Source of the DNA: Thermoplasmata archaeon
GTDB lineage: Archaea > Thermoplasmatota > Thermoplasmata > RBG-16-68-12 > JAGMCJ01
Direction of reading: 5' to 3'
Length of the DNA stretch: 64,000 nucleotides
Assembly (NCBI GenBank): GCA_046761045.1
Contig: JBHIFJ010000001.1
Span: forward strand, 11,795-75,794
Under the pieces are notes generated by a model. It saw only the letters and a list, made by a program, of their open reading frames with translations. It made no database searches and was not told the origin of the DNA. How positions within the stretch are numbered: the first letter of the stretch is position 1; the number at the start of each line of letters is the position of its first letter. Below, one piece after another: positions 38,662 to 47,990 of the stretch. The translations under genes were made by a program, and so were the position numbers.

Positions 38662-40806
38662 TTACTCTGTCGTTGGCGGCTCCTCTTCCTCGAGAGGCTC
38701 CTCAGGCGGTGCTCCTCCTCGCCTCGCGGCTACCACTGCTGCGATGATAATCACGATGATGATTATCACAGCGATGGCGATGTATATCCACATCATGTCC
38801 AGTGGTGGAGCTTCTCCGCCAACATCGACCTCTATGTCGCCCACGTCGGTAGTCTGATCTTTCTGTATCGTGCCACTGACGTCTCCGACATCCCCGTTCT
38901 CATAGAAGACATCAAAGGTCAGCGTGCCTGGAGCGTGGTCGAACGTGAACTCTCCATTCGCGTTCGTGGTTGCCCAGACAGTTCCATCGCTGTCGCGTAT
39001 CTCGGCGTTTTCGAGTGGCTCTCCGTCCTTGTCCTTGATAACTCCGGACATTGACCCTGGAGTCAGGTCATCAACAACCTGAAGCGCAGTCGTGTTTGAG
39101 TAGTCGAGCAGGTCTGTTTGCAGATCGTGATTGTGGACTCCTCCGCTTCCGTCCGCATCTGTGAGTTCGAAGGCGAACAGGGCCTTGTCGTACTTCGCTT
39201 GTGCTGCGCTGACCTGTGCATCTGTGAATCCTAGATCAGTAGCGTCTGCCAGAGCTTGCTCAGCTGATGTCAGTGCACTCTCCGGGTATGGAACCAGTTC
39301 CTCAAAGTCTGCAGTCCAGTTGGTTACTATTTCGTCCGCCTCTTGGTCGGTGTAGGTTGTGCCTGGTGTCGTGTCGGTGTGGCAAGCGACCGTACATGAG
39401 TTGGGCATGTTGTACTGAATCCCGTGTGCTGGAGTTATCGCCCGGAACGTGTGACTCGAGATGTCATAGCTCAACGCCGATTTGGCAACCTTGGGTGTAT
39501 GGCAATCGACGCAACTCACTGCACCACTCATCCACGGACTTCCTGGAACCTCGGTCAGATTCACATCACCCAGAAGCATCTCCTTCTGGGAATGATCTGG
39601 TGTGTCCCCGGGTCCAGCGCCCTCCATGGTGTGGCAGTCTATGCAGAGCTGATCGGTTGGCAGTCTCAGCTGATGCTCGTTCGGATCTTCGTGGGTGTCG
39701 TGGCAGGCCACGCACTCGATGCCCCACTTCGCCGTTGTGAGATTCGGCTTGCTGCCCTCAGGAGCAAGTCTGTAGTCCGTCGACATGCAGTGCAAGCAGT
39801 CGTCCTGAGCGTATGGCTTGGATACGAGATTCACAAGGGAATCCTTGTGCAGTGACTGATTCCAGTCGTTGAACTGCTGATGGTGGCTCTTCGACGTGTT
39901 CCCATCACCCCAGACGCTTGGGTTGTGGTTGTAGTAGTCATCGATGCTGTCACCTGGCTTGAATCTGCCGTTATTCCATGGATATCCAGGGGCCTTTCCA
40001 GCCACTCCCAGATCGTCCTTCGCAGACCCTCGGATATGGCATTGACCGCAGACCTGTGAATCAGCAGACTTCCATATCTTGGTTGCATCTCCGTTATGGT
40101 CGCTTCCAGGTCCGTGACATGCTTCGCATCCCACGTTCAGTTCGCTCCAACTAGCTGTCCATTCCTGTGTCGTGGTATTGTACGTGATGTTGACCCCGGT
40201 GGAGTGGCAGCCCGCACACTTTCTATCCCAGGATGCGTCCTTGGCTATTGGCTTGGGATTTCCCGATGTGTCGTACCAGTCCGACAGATGGTAGGGTACC
40301 CACTCGCTTGTTGCTGTGTTCCACTGGATGGGCAGAATGTATCTGCTGTTCCCTATCTGAGCCAGGTATCTCTGCTTCCAGGCTGAGCCCAACGTCTTCC
40401 AGACCGTATAGTTGTTCGTTCCCATTGCCACGGTGTAGTTTCCGCTTGTCGAGTTGTACCACAGTTCTATGGTGACGTCCGGAATCCCAGCACCGGTGTC
40501 ATTGAAGACTGGATTCGGCCCAAGGAAATCGCCGATTACCGTCGCTGGGCTTGGGTCTTGAAGCATCTTGCTGTGCAAGGTGTTTGCCCAGTTGTCGTTC
40601 TTGTTGCCCCATGCAGCATTGTTGTGGCACGTAGCGCATGCGTCTGAACCGATATAGGTGGCGGTATCCATGTAGGAGTTGTCCTCCTCGGCGCGCGTTC
40701 CAGCGTCCCCGTCAGCCACCGATGTCGTACCAATGTAGACCAAAGCCAGGATGGCCGCCAAGGCTGCAAAAATGCCTATGGCGAGCACTATCTCTTTTCT
40801 TTTCAT
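38662..40806 (-). CDS. Membrane-anchored multiheme c-type cytochrome (7 CxxCH + 1 CxxxCH)
   Basis: 714 aa; N-terminal signal/anchor; heme motifs CATCH, CAGCH, CEACH, CGQCH, CVACH, CIDCH, CVDCH plus CTVACH (CX3CH) and a CLHCM; numerous N-glycosylation sequons; C-terminal TM helix followed by ARRGGAPPEE acidic Pro-rich tail. Confidence 0.8.
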   Translation of the reverse strand: MKRKEIVLAIGIFAALAAILALVYIGTTSVADGDAGTRAEEDNSYMDTATYIGSDACATCHNNAAWGNKNDNWANTLHSKMLQDPSPATVIGDFLGPNPVFNDTGAGIPDVTIELWYNSTSGNYTVAMGTNNYTVWKTLGSAWKQRYLAQIGNSRYILPIQWNTATSEWVPYHLSDWYDTSGNPKPIAKDASWDRKCAGCHSTGVNITYNTTTQEWTASWSELNVGCEACHGPGSDHNGDATKIWKSADSQVCGQCHIRGSAKDDLGVAGKAPGYPWNNGRFKPGDSIDDYYNHNPSVWGDGNTSKSHHQQFNDWNQSLHKDSLVNLVSKPYAQDDCLHCMSTDYRLAPEGSKPNLTTAKWGIECVACHDTHEDPNEHQLRLPTDQLCIDCHTMEGAGPGDTPDHSQKEMLLGDVNLTEVPGSPWMSGAVSCVDCHTPKVAKSALSYDISSHTFRAITPAHGIQYNMPNSCTVACHTDTTPGTTYTDQEADEIVTNWTADFEELVPYPESALTSAEQALADATDLGFTDAQVSAAQAKYDKALFAFELTDADGSGGVHNHDLQTDLLDYSNTTALQVVDDLTPGSMSGVIKDKDGEPLENAEIRDSDGTVWATTNANGEFTFDHAPGTLTFDVFYENGDVGDVSGTIQKDQTTDVGDIEVDVGGEAPPLDMMWIYIAIAVIIIIVIIIAAVVAARRGGAPPEEPLEEEEPPTTE

Positions 40807-41095
40807 AGTCTCCTCTCTTTGTATGGTGTCTGTGCTATGGGTTTAGATGGTGAATGAAAACATCTCACTTAAAGGTATCGGCAAGACACGTGGGTGGTTG
40901 CTTTCAGATCTCCTCTCGTTTTCGGATTTTTGATGAGTTCTTGGAGGACATAGCGATGTTCTCACGAAATTTGGGGCAATAACGATGTTGTAGTTGAAGG
41001 TCCTCCGGGTCTGGACATGTGTCCCGGGATGATGGCCTCGTGGCGATGGAGGAGACGCTGGGACATCTGGGACCGATTCGTGAGGGAGAAGGGAC

Positions 41096-41773
41096 TCATC
41101 CGTTCTCGGGTGACTGTATCAGGCGCATTCCCCACTCCTTCTTGTCGCTCCCGGGCCATCTTCCGGCTCTCTCGTATCTTCCCCAGGTGCCAGCGAGTGT
41201 GCATGGCTTGCATCCGAGGCTTGCGTAGCCTTCGTCATACAACGGATTGTAAGGAATGGAGTTTGCCTTTATGTAATCCCAGACCTCCTCCTTTGTCCAA
41301 TCCGCAATCGGGTTGATCTTCGTGGGCATTCCTTCGTACTCCTCAACCCTCCTGAGGCCACTCCGGAACCGTGTCTCGTCTCTCCTCAGGCCCGTTATCC
41401 AAGCGTCGAGGTCCTTCAAGAACCTTCTTGTCGGCTCGACCTTCAGAATCTCACAGCACAGTTTGGGATTGCGTGAGTAGAGGTCCTCCCCGTATTCCTT
41501 CTCAAGTTCCTCCTTGATCGTTGACGGATGGATTTCCTTGAGGTTGAGATTCCACTCCTCTCTGAGTCTGTCCTTGAATCTCTCCGTTTCCTCAAAGCCG
41601 TATCCAGTTCTGATCATAAAGACCTTGATCCGTGGATCTATCTGGCGGGCCATGCTCAGAACGGTGATGCTGTCCTTGCCAAAGCTGCAGGCAAGGGCTA
41701 TTCTCTCGAACTCGTCGAGTGCCCACGCGAGTGTCTCCCTTGTAACCTCGAGCTTCTTCTGGAAACCCATCAC
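41096..41773 (-). CDS. Phosphoadenosine-phosphosulfate reductase family protein (PP-loop ATP pyrophosphatase fold)
   Basis: 225 aa; PP-loop SFGKDS, C-terminal Cys pair (CKPC); family-level assignment only. Confidence 0.65.
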   Translation of the reverse strand: MMGFQKKLEVTRETLAWALDEFERIALACSFGKDSITVLSMARQIDPRIKVFMIRTGYGFEETERFKDRLREEWNLNLKEIHPSTIKEELEKEYGEDLYSRNPKLCCEILKVEPTRRFLKDLDAWITGLRRDETRFRSGLRRVEEYEGMPTKINPIADWTKEEVWDYIKANSIPYNPLYDEGYASLGCKPCTLAGTWGRYERAGRWPGSDKKEWGMRLIQSPENG

Positions 41774-41901
41774 AGCAATGAATACACGAATGTGCCCCTC
41801 TTTTCGCCTTACGAAGAAGTCTCAAGTCCTCGATACTGCACAGACCTTGACTGAATGAAGACGACTGGGGAGCGAAGCGGACGGTCCGTTGCAGTCCGAC
41901 G

Positions 41902-43242
41902 CTACGGCAGGGCAAGCTGGATTGCCACCATTAGAAGCAACAAGCCAGTTCCTATGACCAACGTGACAATCATGAACGGGAAGGCCTTGCGCATGAAGCC
42001 TCGGAAGGTTATCGGGTATCCAAACTTCTCGGATATGCCTACAGCAACCATGTTGGCGGACGCGCCAACGAGCGACCCGTTCCCACCGAAACAGGCACCA
42101 ATCGAGAGAGCCCACCACATTGGATTGATGAAGAACTTGTCGAGAACAAACAAGGGTTGCATGGCGAAGATGATTGGAATCATCGTCGCGGTGAAGGGGA
42201 TGTTGTCCAGGAACGTGGAGGCAATCGCTGAAATCCAGAGAATGAACACGAGAGCCACAAACAGGTCCCCTCCTGTGAAATCGGCGAGGGCGGTTCCAAC
42301 AATATCCATTACGCCGACATGAACCAGCCCTCCGACCATGATAAAGAGGGCCGCGAAGAAGAGCAGAGTGGACCAGTGAACATGCCTGAGTGCATCTTCG
42401 GGATGTATCCTTCCCCAAACCAGCAATGCCACCGCCCCGCCAAGGGCAATGACAGAAGGTTCCACACCAAGCGTGTGGTGTATCATGAAGAACAGGACAA
42501 CCAGCCCTGTAACCAGAAGGGATTTCTTGAGCAGCCTCATATTCTTGATCTCGTCCCATTCATTCCTGGCAAGGCTTTCCTCAAGGTTTTGAGGGGCCTG
42601 CTTGATCTCCTCTCTGTACATCCACTTGAGGAGAAGTATCGAGACGAGCATGGTGATTATCACGATGGGTGCTATGTTTATGATGAAACTGATGAAGGAG
42701 ATCTGAGGAACCGCACTGCCTATCATGATGTTTGGCGGGTCCCCCACAAGAGTGGCCGTCCCCCCTATGTTGGATGCCAAGATCTCGGCCATGATTAGCG
42801 GGATTGGGTTCACTTCTAAGCTCTTGGAGATTGATATCGTGACGGGTATGAGCAACAGGACCGTGCTCACGTTGTCAAGGAATGCCGAGGCGGCGGCGCT
42901 GACGACCGCGAACATCAGCATGAGCATCCAGTAGTCACCACCAGCTATCTTGGTCATCCTCACGGCGACGAAGTCGAAGAACCCCGTCTCAGCGATCACG
43001 CCAACAATCACCATCATCCCAAATAGTAGTCCGAGAGTGTTGAAGTCTATCGCGGCCAGGCCCATGGCTGGCGTATACATCTCCTCGCCAGGTTGGAAGT
43101 AGCCCGCAAGGATGTGGGCGATGATCATTGCTGCAGCCCCCAAGAGCGCGACCGTAGTCCTGTGCATCTTCTCCAAGATCATCAGAATGAACGTGCCTAT
43201 GAAGATGACAACGCTGATTGCCTGGATCCAAGCCTCGACCAT
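41902..43242 (-). CDS. ArsB/NhaD-superfamily anion permease
   Basis: 446 aa, ~12 TM helices with internal duplication; resembles arsenite/citrate transporter family. Confidence 0.65.
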   Translation of the reverse strand: MVEAWIQAISVVIFIGTFILMILEKMHRTTVALLGAAAMIIAHILAGYFQPGEEMYTPAMGLAAIDFNTLGLLFGMMVIVGVIAETGFFDFVAVRMTKIAGGDYWMLMLMFAVVSAAASAFLDNVSTVLLLIPVTISISKSLEVNPIPLIMAEILASNIGGTATLVGDPPNIMIGSAVPQISFISFIINIAPIVIITMLVSILLLKWMYREEIKQAPQNLEESLARNEWDEIKNMRLLKKSLLVTGLVVLFFMIHHTLGVEPSVIALGGAVALLVWGRIHPEDALRHVHWSTLLFFAALFIMVGGLVHVGVMDIVGTALADFTGGDLFVALVFILWISAIASTFLDNIPFTATMIPIIFAMQPLFVLDKFFINPMWWALSIGACFGGNGSLVGASANMVAVGISEKFGYPITFRGFMRKAFPFMIVTLVIGTGLLLLMVAIQLALP

Positions 43243-43245
43243 CGT

Positions 43246-44085
43246 CTATCCCCTTTCTCCTCCCACCAGCAGCACAGGGATTGGGGCATAGAGGAGTATG
43301 TTCATTTCGCCTCTCGACAGAGGTAAAGCTCTCATCATCATCTTGAGTTGATCTCTAAGCCTGTACCCTCCTCGACTCATCACAACGAGGTCGAATTCCT
43401 CGAGGAACGTAGGTATCTCCTCCTTCATGCTCCATTCGAATTCCCTTATCTCGAAGTCGACCTTGTTCTGCTCCGCGAGTCGAGAGAACCTCTCATAGAC
43501 TGGTGTTCTTGCCTTCCTTCCCGCGTAGCTCATTCCGCATGTCGCGCCGAACTCCCTGCATAGCGTAATGCCTCGCTCAGCCGCTAGCCAGGACTTCGGA
43601 GAGTCCCCAACCACAATGAATATTCTCTTGGGACGGCGAAGGTTTGGCATCCTGTCGAGAATGAGCACATTCTTGATCCGTGTCCTGAATATCTTCTCTA
43701 GGTGCCAGCTGACATGCGACCGCTTTTGGTCCATTTCCATGGGGGTTTCGGTGGCGACTAGGTCTATTCCCTTACGCCTGACGTAGTTCTCCACAATTGC
43801 CTCAAAATTGCCCTTGTAGAATCCCCTCCTTGCCTTGATGCCCATTTCCTTTAGCGTGTCAATGCAATGGAAGAGGGCCCTCACTGCGCTCCGCTCTATC
43901 GAGTCGTCTATGAAGGAAGTGGCCGACATTATGTCATAGCTGTAGTCCACTATGCTCACCACATGAAATTCCGCATCAGGGAATAGAAGAGGAGTGTACC
44001 TGAGCAGAGAGTCGATGAGCTTGTAGTTCTCAGCAATGATCATTATTCGTTTGAACATGATGGAGCGTCCTGACTCTATGCTCAT
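43246..44085 (-). CDS. Tandem universal stress protein (UspA) domain protein
   Basis: 279 aa (alternative start at ATG 44058, MFKRIMIIAE); two Usp-like alpha/beta halves; 3 nt upstream of the permease gene. Confidence 0.6.
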   Translation of the reverse strand: MSIESGRSIMFKRIMIIAENYKLIDSLLRYTPLLFPDAEFHVVSIVDYSYDIMSATSFIDDSIERSAVRALFHCIDTLKEMGIKARRGFYKGNFEAIVENYVRRKGIDLVATETPMEMDQKRSHVSWHLEKIFRTRIKNVLILDRMPNLRRPKRIFIVVGDSPKSWLAAERGITLCREFGATCGMSYAGRKARTPVYERFSRLAEQNKVDFEIREFEWSMKEEIPTFLEEFDLVVMSRGGYRLRDQLKMMMRALPLSRGEMNILLYAPIPVLLVGGERG

Positions 44086-44154
44086 CCAAGAAGAACTACA
44101 TAAATATCTCCTATCGTGAGTGTATGGCCTGATATGAGAAAAGACTGGTGGCTC

Positions 44155-44385
44155 TCAGCGTCTTGCCGACCTTCTCGCAAGCGCGACGGCGCCCGCCACG
44201 ACAAGAATCACCAGACCCAGTGCCAGGGATGTGAGCCCTGCCGGAAGATACGGCCTGATGGTCATGGTCGAGTTGTCAATAGGATCGGAGGCAACGGTCT
44301 TGACCTCCGTTATCACCTGCCCGAAAATACCGATTACGATAAGGACCGTTGCAGCAGCCAAAAGGATAGCCACCTCTGCCCTCAT
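44155..44385 (-). CDS. Small two-TM membrane protein (hypothetical)
   Basis: 76 aa, two hydrophobic helices, Arg-rich C-terminus; weak support. Confidence 0.2.
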   Translation of the reverse strand: MRAEVAILLAAATVLIVIGIFGQVITEVKTVASDPIDNSTMTIRPYLPAGLTSLALGLVILVVAGAVALARRSARR

Positions 44386-44666
44386 GGGCTCGTCCTCCCT
44401 GCCTCTGACGAATCCGTATTACGCCTTCTGTAGCCTATTGCATATTCTCGGTACATCCTCGACCCCTTTTGCGGGAGCGCTTGAAGTCACTCCCTCTCTT
44501 CAATGATACATAAGGCCCTTCGACAACTTAAACCTTTTCAAGCCCCTATCAAGGATGTCAAGGTTCTCCTAGACCCGATGGCGTTATTGAAGATATGGAT
44601 GGGGAACCGTTGGTTCCGCGAGTCAAAGTGTGATGCATCCATCGCATGCTGCAGTTGTGATGGGAC

Positions 44667-45134
44667 CTATGCCCGTATCATTGCCTTCTCACCGAAGATC
44701 TGCGGAATCACCATCCGCGCCTTTTCGAACTCTGGAATGAAGGCGAACACGAAGTGAATCCAGCCCACCCTCCTAGTGTCAAAGAGGATCTCGCCTCCGC
44801 CGTGGGGATATCTTGTCACCGTGACGGACTTCACGTCCTCGAGGGGGACGGCATAGTTCCACTGGTGGGCCTTGAGCATGTCCTCCGTGCTCTTTCCTTG
44901 ATAGAAGGCCCTCCACTGACTTACCGCCTGAGGGTCTCCGCTCGAGCCCGTGATATCATGAAACAGGCCTGACACCGGATCGGGCCTTTCTCCGATATAG
45001 AGGACAACCACCCTTCTATCGGTGAGAATCACATCATAGTCTTGGTTTCCCTTTCTCATCGTCAGCAGAACGCCTTTGATCTCCTCTTTCTGCGCCTCCA
45101 TGACCGATCCCGCCAAAGGAAACATGGTCCACAT
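44667..45134 (-). CDS. Hypothetical protein
   Basis: 155 aa ORF, no recognisable motifs. Confidence 0.3.
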   Translation of the reverse strand: MWTMFPLAGSVMEAQKEEIKGVLLTMRKGNQDYDVILTDRRVVVLYIGERPDPVSGLFHDITGSSGDPQAVSQWRAFYQGKSTEDMLKAHQWNYAVPLEDVKSVTVTRYPHGGGEILFDTRRVGWIHFVFAFIPEFEKARMVIPQIFGEKAMIRA

Positions 45135-45156
45135 TGATATCGTTTTCTGAGATGTC

Positions 45157-45603
45157 TCAGACCTCGTTGCTGTCCCTCTTGCTCAAGTACACGATCGAGT
45201 CATATGGTTCGTAGCCCAGTTTTCCAAAGAACTCCTCGGAGGCCTCATTAGGTCTCTCGATTAGCGCCCCGATGATTCTGTTCCCTCGCGCTCTCAGCCG
45301 CCTCTCCGCCTCACGCAGCAGCGCGGTCCCGATTCCCTTCCTCCGGTGTCTCGGGTGAACGGCGAGGCGGTTAATCCAGCCTTTGCGCGTGTCATCGGTG
45401 CCTATGATGACGCCGACAAGGTCGGGACCTTCGAATGCCCCGAGGAACAACTCAGGTGTGAGACTCATTTGCCTCTGCATCTCGGGTCGGCTGTCTCTGC
45501 CTCTTGGTCTGTGAGAGAGGCCAGATTCGCGCCAGAGCTCGATGATGGCATCATAGTCCTCAATGGTCAACTCACGAATCTCCATCGGAACACCATCAGT
45601 CAA
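45157..45603 (-). CDS. GNAT-family N-acetyltransferase
   Basis: 148 aa; acetyl-CoA binding motif RRKGIGTALL. Confidence 0.8.
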   Translation of the reverse strand: MTDGVPMEIRELTIEDYDAIIELWRESGLSHRPRGRDSRPEMQRQMSLTPELFLGAFEGPDLVGVIIGTDDTRKGWINRLAVHPRHRRKGIGTALLREAERRLRARGNRIIGALIERPNEASEEFFGKLGYEPYDSIVYLSKRDSNEV

Positions 45604-46111
45604 GCCACTTGCTCATTGCCATGAAATCCACCTTCCACCAATGACGTTTTAGATTGCATTCTGGGACCCATCCCCGCCTGAAGTACAGCCTGACAGCATC
45701 CGTGAGACATGGAAGCGTGACGAGGTGCATCTTGTGACAGCCCTGGCCACGCACGTGTTCCTCGACCTCCTCAAGAAGCTCGCTCGCTATGCCACGATTC
45801 CTAAACTCCGGAGCAACGCCTATCCAGCCGAGATGTGCGAGACCGCTCTTCCCGACTATGCGACCTTGGGCCACGCCGACGATCTTGTCATCCACCTTCG
45901 CCACAAACACAAACCCATCAGGAAGGTCGATGTGTTTTCTGTATTCTTCAGCGGTGTGATGTCTAATGTCGAACTCCAAAGCTTCTCTTGGATAGTGGTC
46001 CCTCTCCCAGCGTTCCCAGGCATCCACCATGCACTCCCTTGTGACCTCTGCCGCTTCCTCGGCATCCTTCTCCCTAAGCTCACATATGCTTGTCATCGGG
46101 GGAATATCCAC
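45596..46111 (-). CDS. GNAT-family N-acetyltransferase
   Basis: 171 aa; motif A RNRGIASELL; 8-nt overlap with downstream GNAT. Confidence 0.75.
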   Translation of the reverse strand: MDIPPMTSICELREKDAEEAAEVTRECMVDAWERWERDHYPREALEFDIRHHTAEEYRKHIDLPDGFVFVAKVDDKIVGVAQGRIVGKSGLAHLGWIGVAPEFRNRGIASELLEEVEEHVRGQGCHKMHLVTLPCLTDAVRLYFRRGWVPECNLKRHWWKVDFMAMSKWLD

Positions 46112-46175
46112 CTCCTACGAAAAAACCTTTTCCAGAATCCGTTGAAAATGCAATCCTCCGGGAAGGAACAGTAAA

Positions 46176-47069
46176 ATGACAGCGATGCCATTGGGGTCTG
46201 TGCCTTCGAGGGCCAATCCTCAGATTGCCATTCCAATCGCCATTATCTCGGTGTCCTTTGCCTCCATCTTCATCAAGTGGAGCGAGGCGCCACCACTCGT
46301 CATTGCATTCTACAGGCTTGCATTCGCAACGGCGATACTCCTGATTCCGACTCTTGCCTTTCAGAGTGGAGACCTCTTTCGACTCTCTCGAAAGGAACTG
46401 CTCGCTTTGACTTTGGTGGGCTTCGCGCTCGCGTTCCATTTCGGGTTCTGGATATCCTCACTCAAGCACACGACTGTTGCGAACTCTGTCATACTCGTGA
46501 GCACACATCCGATTCCGATTGCCTTGATCTCCCACTATAAGATGGGTGAGAGGGTGACCGCCCTTGCTGCGGTGGGAATCGTAATGGCCATATTCGGGCT
46601 GGCAATGATAGGGATTAGCGACGCTGTCCTAACCACGGAGAGCCTCATCGGTGACGTTCTGGCTCTTCTTGGGATGGCAGCCTTGGCGGCATACATCCTT
46701 AGCGGGAGAAGGATCAGGAAGAGGATGTCGATCTTGCCGTATGCCTTTGTCGTCTACCTTGCAACAACGATATTCCTACTGCTGGGTTGCGTTGTTTTCG
46801 GGAGCCCCCTTTATCCCTATCCAGAGGGAGAGTGGATTCTGTTCCTAGCGCTTGCCATCGTCCCCATGATTCTCGGTCACACCTTGTACAATTGGGCCCT
46901 CAGGCATGTCACGGCTCTGATGGTTTCCGTGAGCATTCTTCTGGAACCCATTCTTGCCTCGGTGTTGGCTGTCTTCCTTATTCCTGAGATCCCATCCATC
47001 TTCGTGGTCTTGGGCGGACCCCTCGTTTTGGCGGGCATCTTCCTTGTGGCGCTGAAGGGCGGCAGATAG
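46176..47069 (+). CDS. EamA/DMT-family transporter
   Basis: 297 aa, 10 TM helices, duplicated EamA halves. Confidence 0.75.
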   Translation: MTAMPLGSVPSRANPQIAIPIAIISVSFASIFIKWSEAPPLVIAFYRLAFATAILLIPTLAFQSGDLFRLSRKELLALTLVGFALAFHFGFWISSLKHTTVANSVILVSTHPIPIALISHYKMGERVTALAAVGIVMAIFGLAMIGISDAVLTTESLIGDVLALLGMAALAAYILSGRRIRKRMSILPYAFVVYLATTIFLLLGCVVFGSPLYPYPEGEWILFLALAIVPMILGHTLYNWALRHVTALMVSVSILLEPILASVLAVFLIPEIPSIFVVLGGPLVLAGIFLVALKGGR

Positions 47070-47132
47070 TCCTTTCACTTTCACGAATCCCCTAATGTGT
47101 AATTCAAGAGATTCCTCACGCATGCCCATGAT

Positions 47133-47675
47133 GTGGTCCGACTGAAGGAGATCCATTTGAGGAAGAGCATGGAGGCGTTCTTCGCCGAACATGGCTTTCA
47201 GACATTTCGAGAGGTGAGGATGATGAACAGGTGGGTTGACCTCGTTGCGGTTGGGAACGGAACCGTAGTGGCCATCGAGCTGAAGCTGGAGAACTGGCGG
47301 GAGGCGATAAGACAGGCGGTAGCATATCAGCTTGGGGCGGACTTCTCAGCTGTCGGGATGCCCCTCGGGAATGCGATTGATGCTTATCGAAACAGGTACT
47401 ACTTTCGAAAAGAAGGCGTGGGTCTTCTCGGAGTGAGGGTGAGGACTCCAGAAGTGCGTGTGCTGATCGAACCAGAACCTTCCATGCGCGTCATGCCCAT
47501 GATCCGAGATAGCCTCTTTGAGGTGGTTCATTCCGACGGCGAGACAGTCATCATCCCAAGGAGTTCGAAGCGTATAAAAGAGAGAGACAGAGGCCTCGCA
47601 TTTGTGGAGGCCCGTGATTACAGGACCGGAGATGACAAGGACGAAGGTCAGTCGGCCGAGTCAACAGAGGACTAG
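47133..47675 (+). CDS. PD-(D/E)XK nuclease-fold protein, Hjc-like core
   Basis: 180 aa; N-terminal E..(HGF)..D(LVAV)..E.K pattern (EAFFAEHGFQTF..VDLVAVGNGTVVAIELK) resembling archaeal Holliday-junction resolvase Hjc, with ~60-aa acidic C-terminal extension. Confidence 0.4.
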   Translation: MVRLKEIHLRKSMEAFFAEHGFQTFREVRMMNRWVDLVAVGNGTVVAIELKLENWREAIRQAVAYQLGADFSAVGMPLGNAIDAYRNRYYFRKEGVGLLGVRVRTPEVRVLIEPEPSMRVMPMIRDSLFEVVHSDGETVIIPRSSKRIKERDRGLAFVEARDYRTGDDKDEGQSAESTED

Positions 47676-47938
47676 TAGCTCAGGTCGATTCTTCGGCATT
47701 TCCTGCAGATGAAACCCTCGAGATAGACCATCCCGCTCATCCCGGGATCCTTGATTTTCTCCCCGCCAAGGGCAAGAATGGTCTTCTCCTTGAACCATTT
47801 CATCCCACTGATGAAGCTCTCGCTTCCAAGGAATCCACGTTCCATCTGCCCGCCGCAATTAGGACACTTCCTAGTCTGAGGTTCCTGTTCGGCCAAACGA
47901 ATCCCTATTGCGAAGATGATTACCCATTTATAAGTCAT
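47672..47938 (-). CDS. Membrane-anchored zinc-ribbon protein (hypothetical)
   Basis: 88 aa; N-terminal TM helix, CPNCG...CRKC zinc-ribbon pairs. Confidence 0.3.
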   Translation of the reverse strand: MTYKWVIIFAIGIRLAEQEPQTRKCPNCGGQMERGFLGSESFISGMKWFKEKTILALGGEKIKDPGMSGMVYLEGFICRKCRRIDLSY

Positions 47939-47990
47939 TCGATTCGAGCATCCGAATGACCGTTGAATGGCCAGTCTCCTCGTCTCCTAC

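Noticed and set aside
38554-39054. 166-aa plus-strand ORF upstream of and overlapping the cytochrome gene's 3' end
   Set aside because: It overlaps the strongly supported minus-strand cytochrome gene and has an odd composition.
41096-41773. Linking the PAPS-reductase-like gene functionally to the adjacent cytochrome cluster (e.g. dissimilatory sulfur metabolism)
   Set aside because: The gene is on the opposite side of a 290-bp promoter region and belongs to a very broad PP-loop family. Adjacency alone is insufficient.
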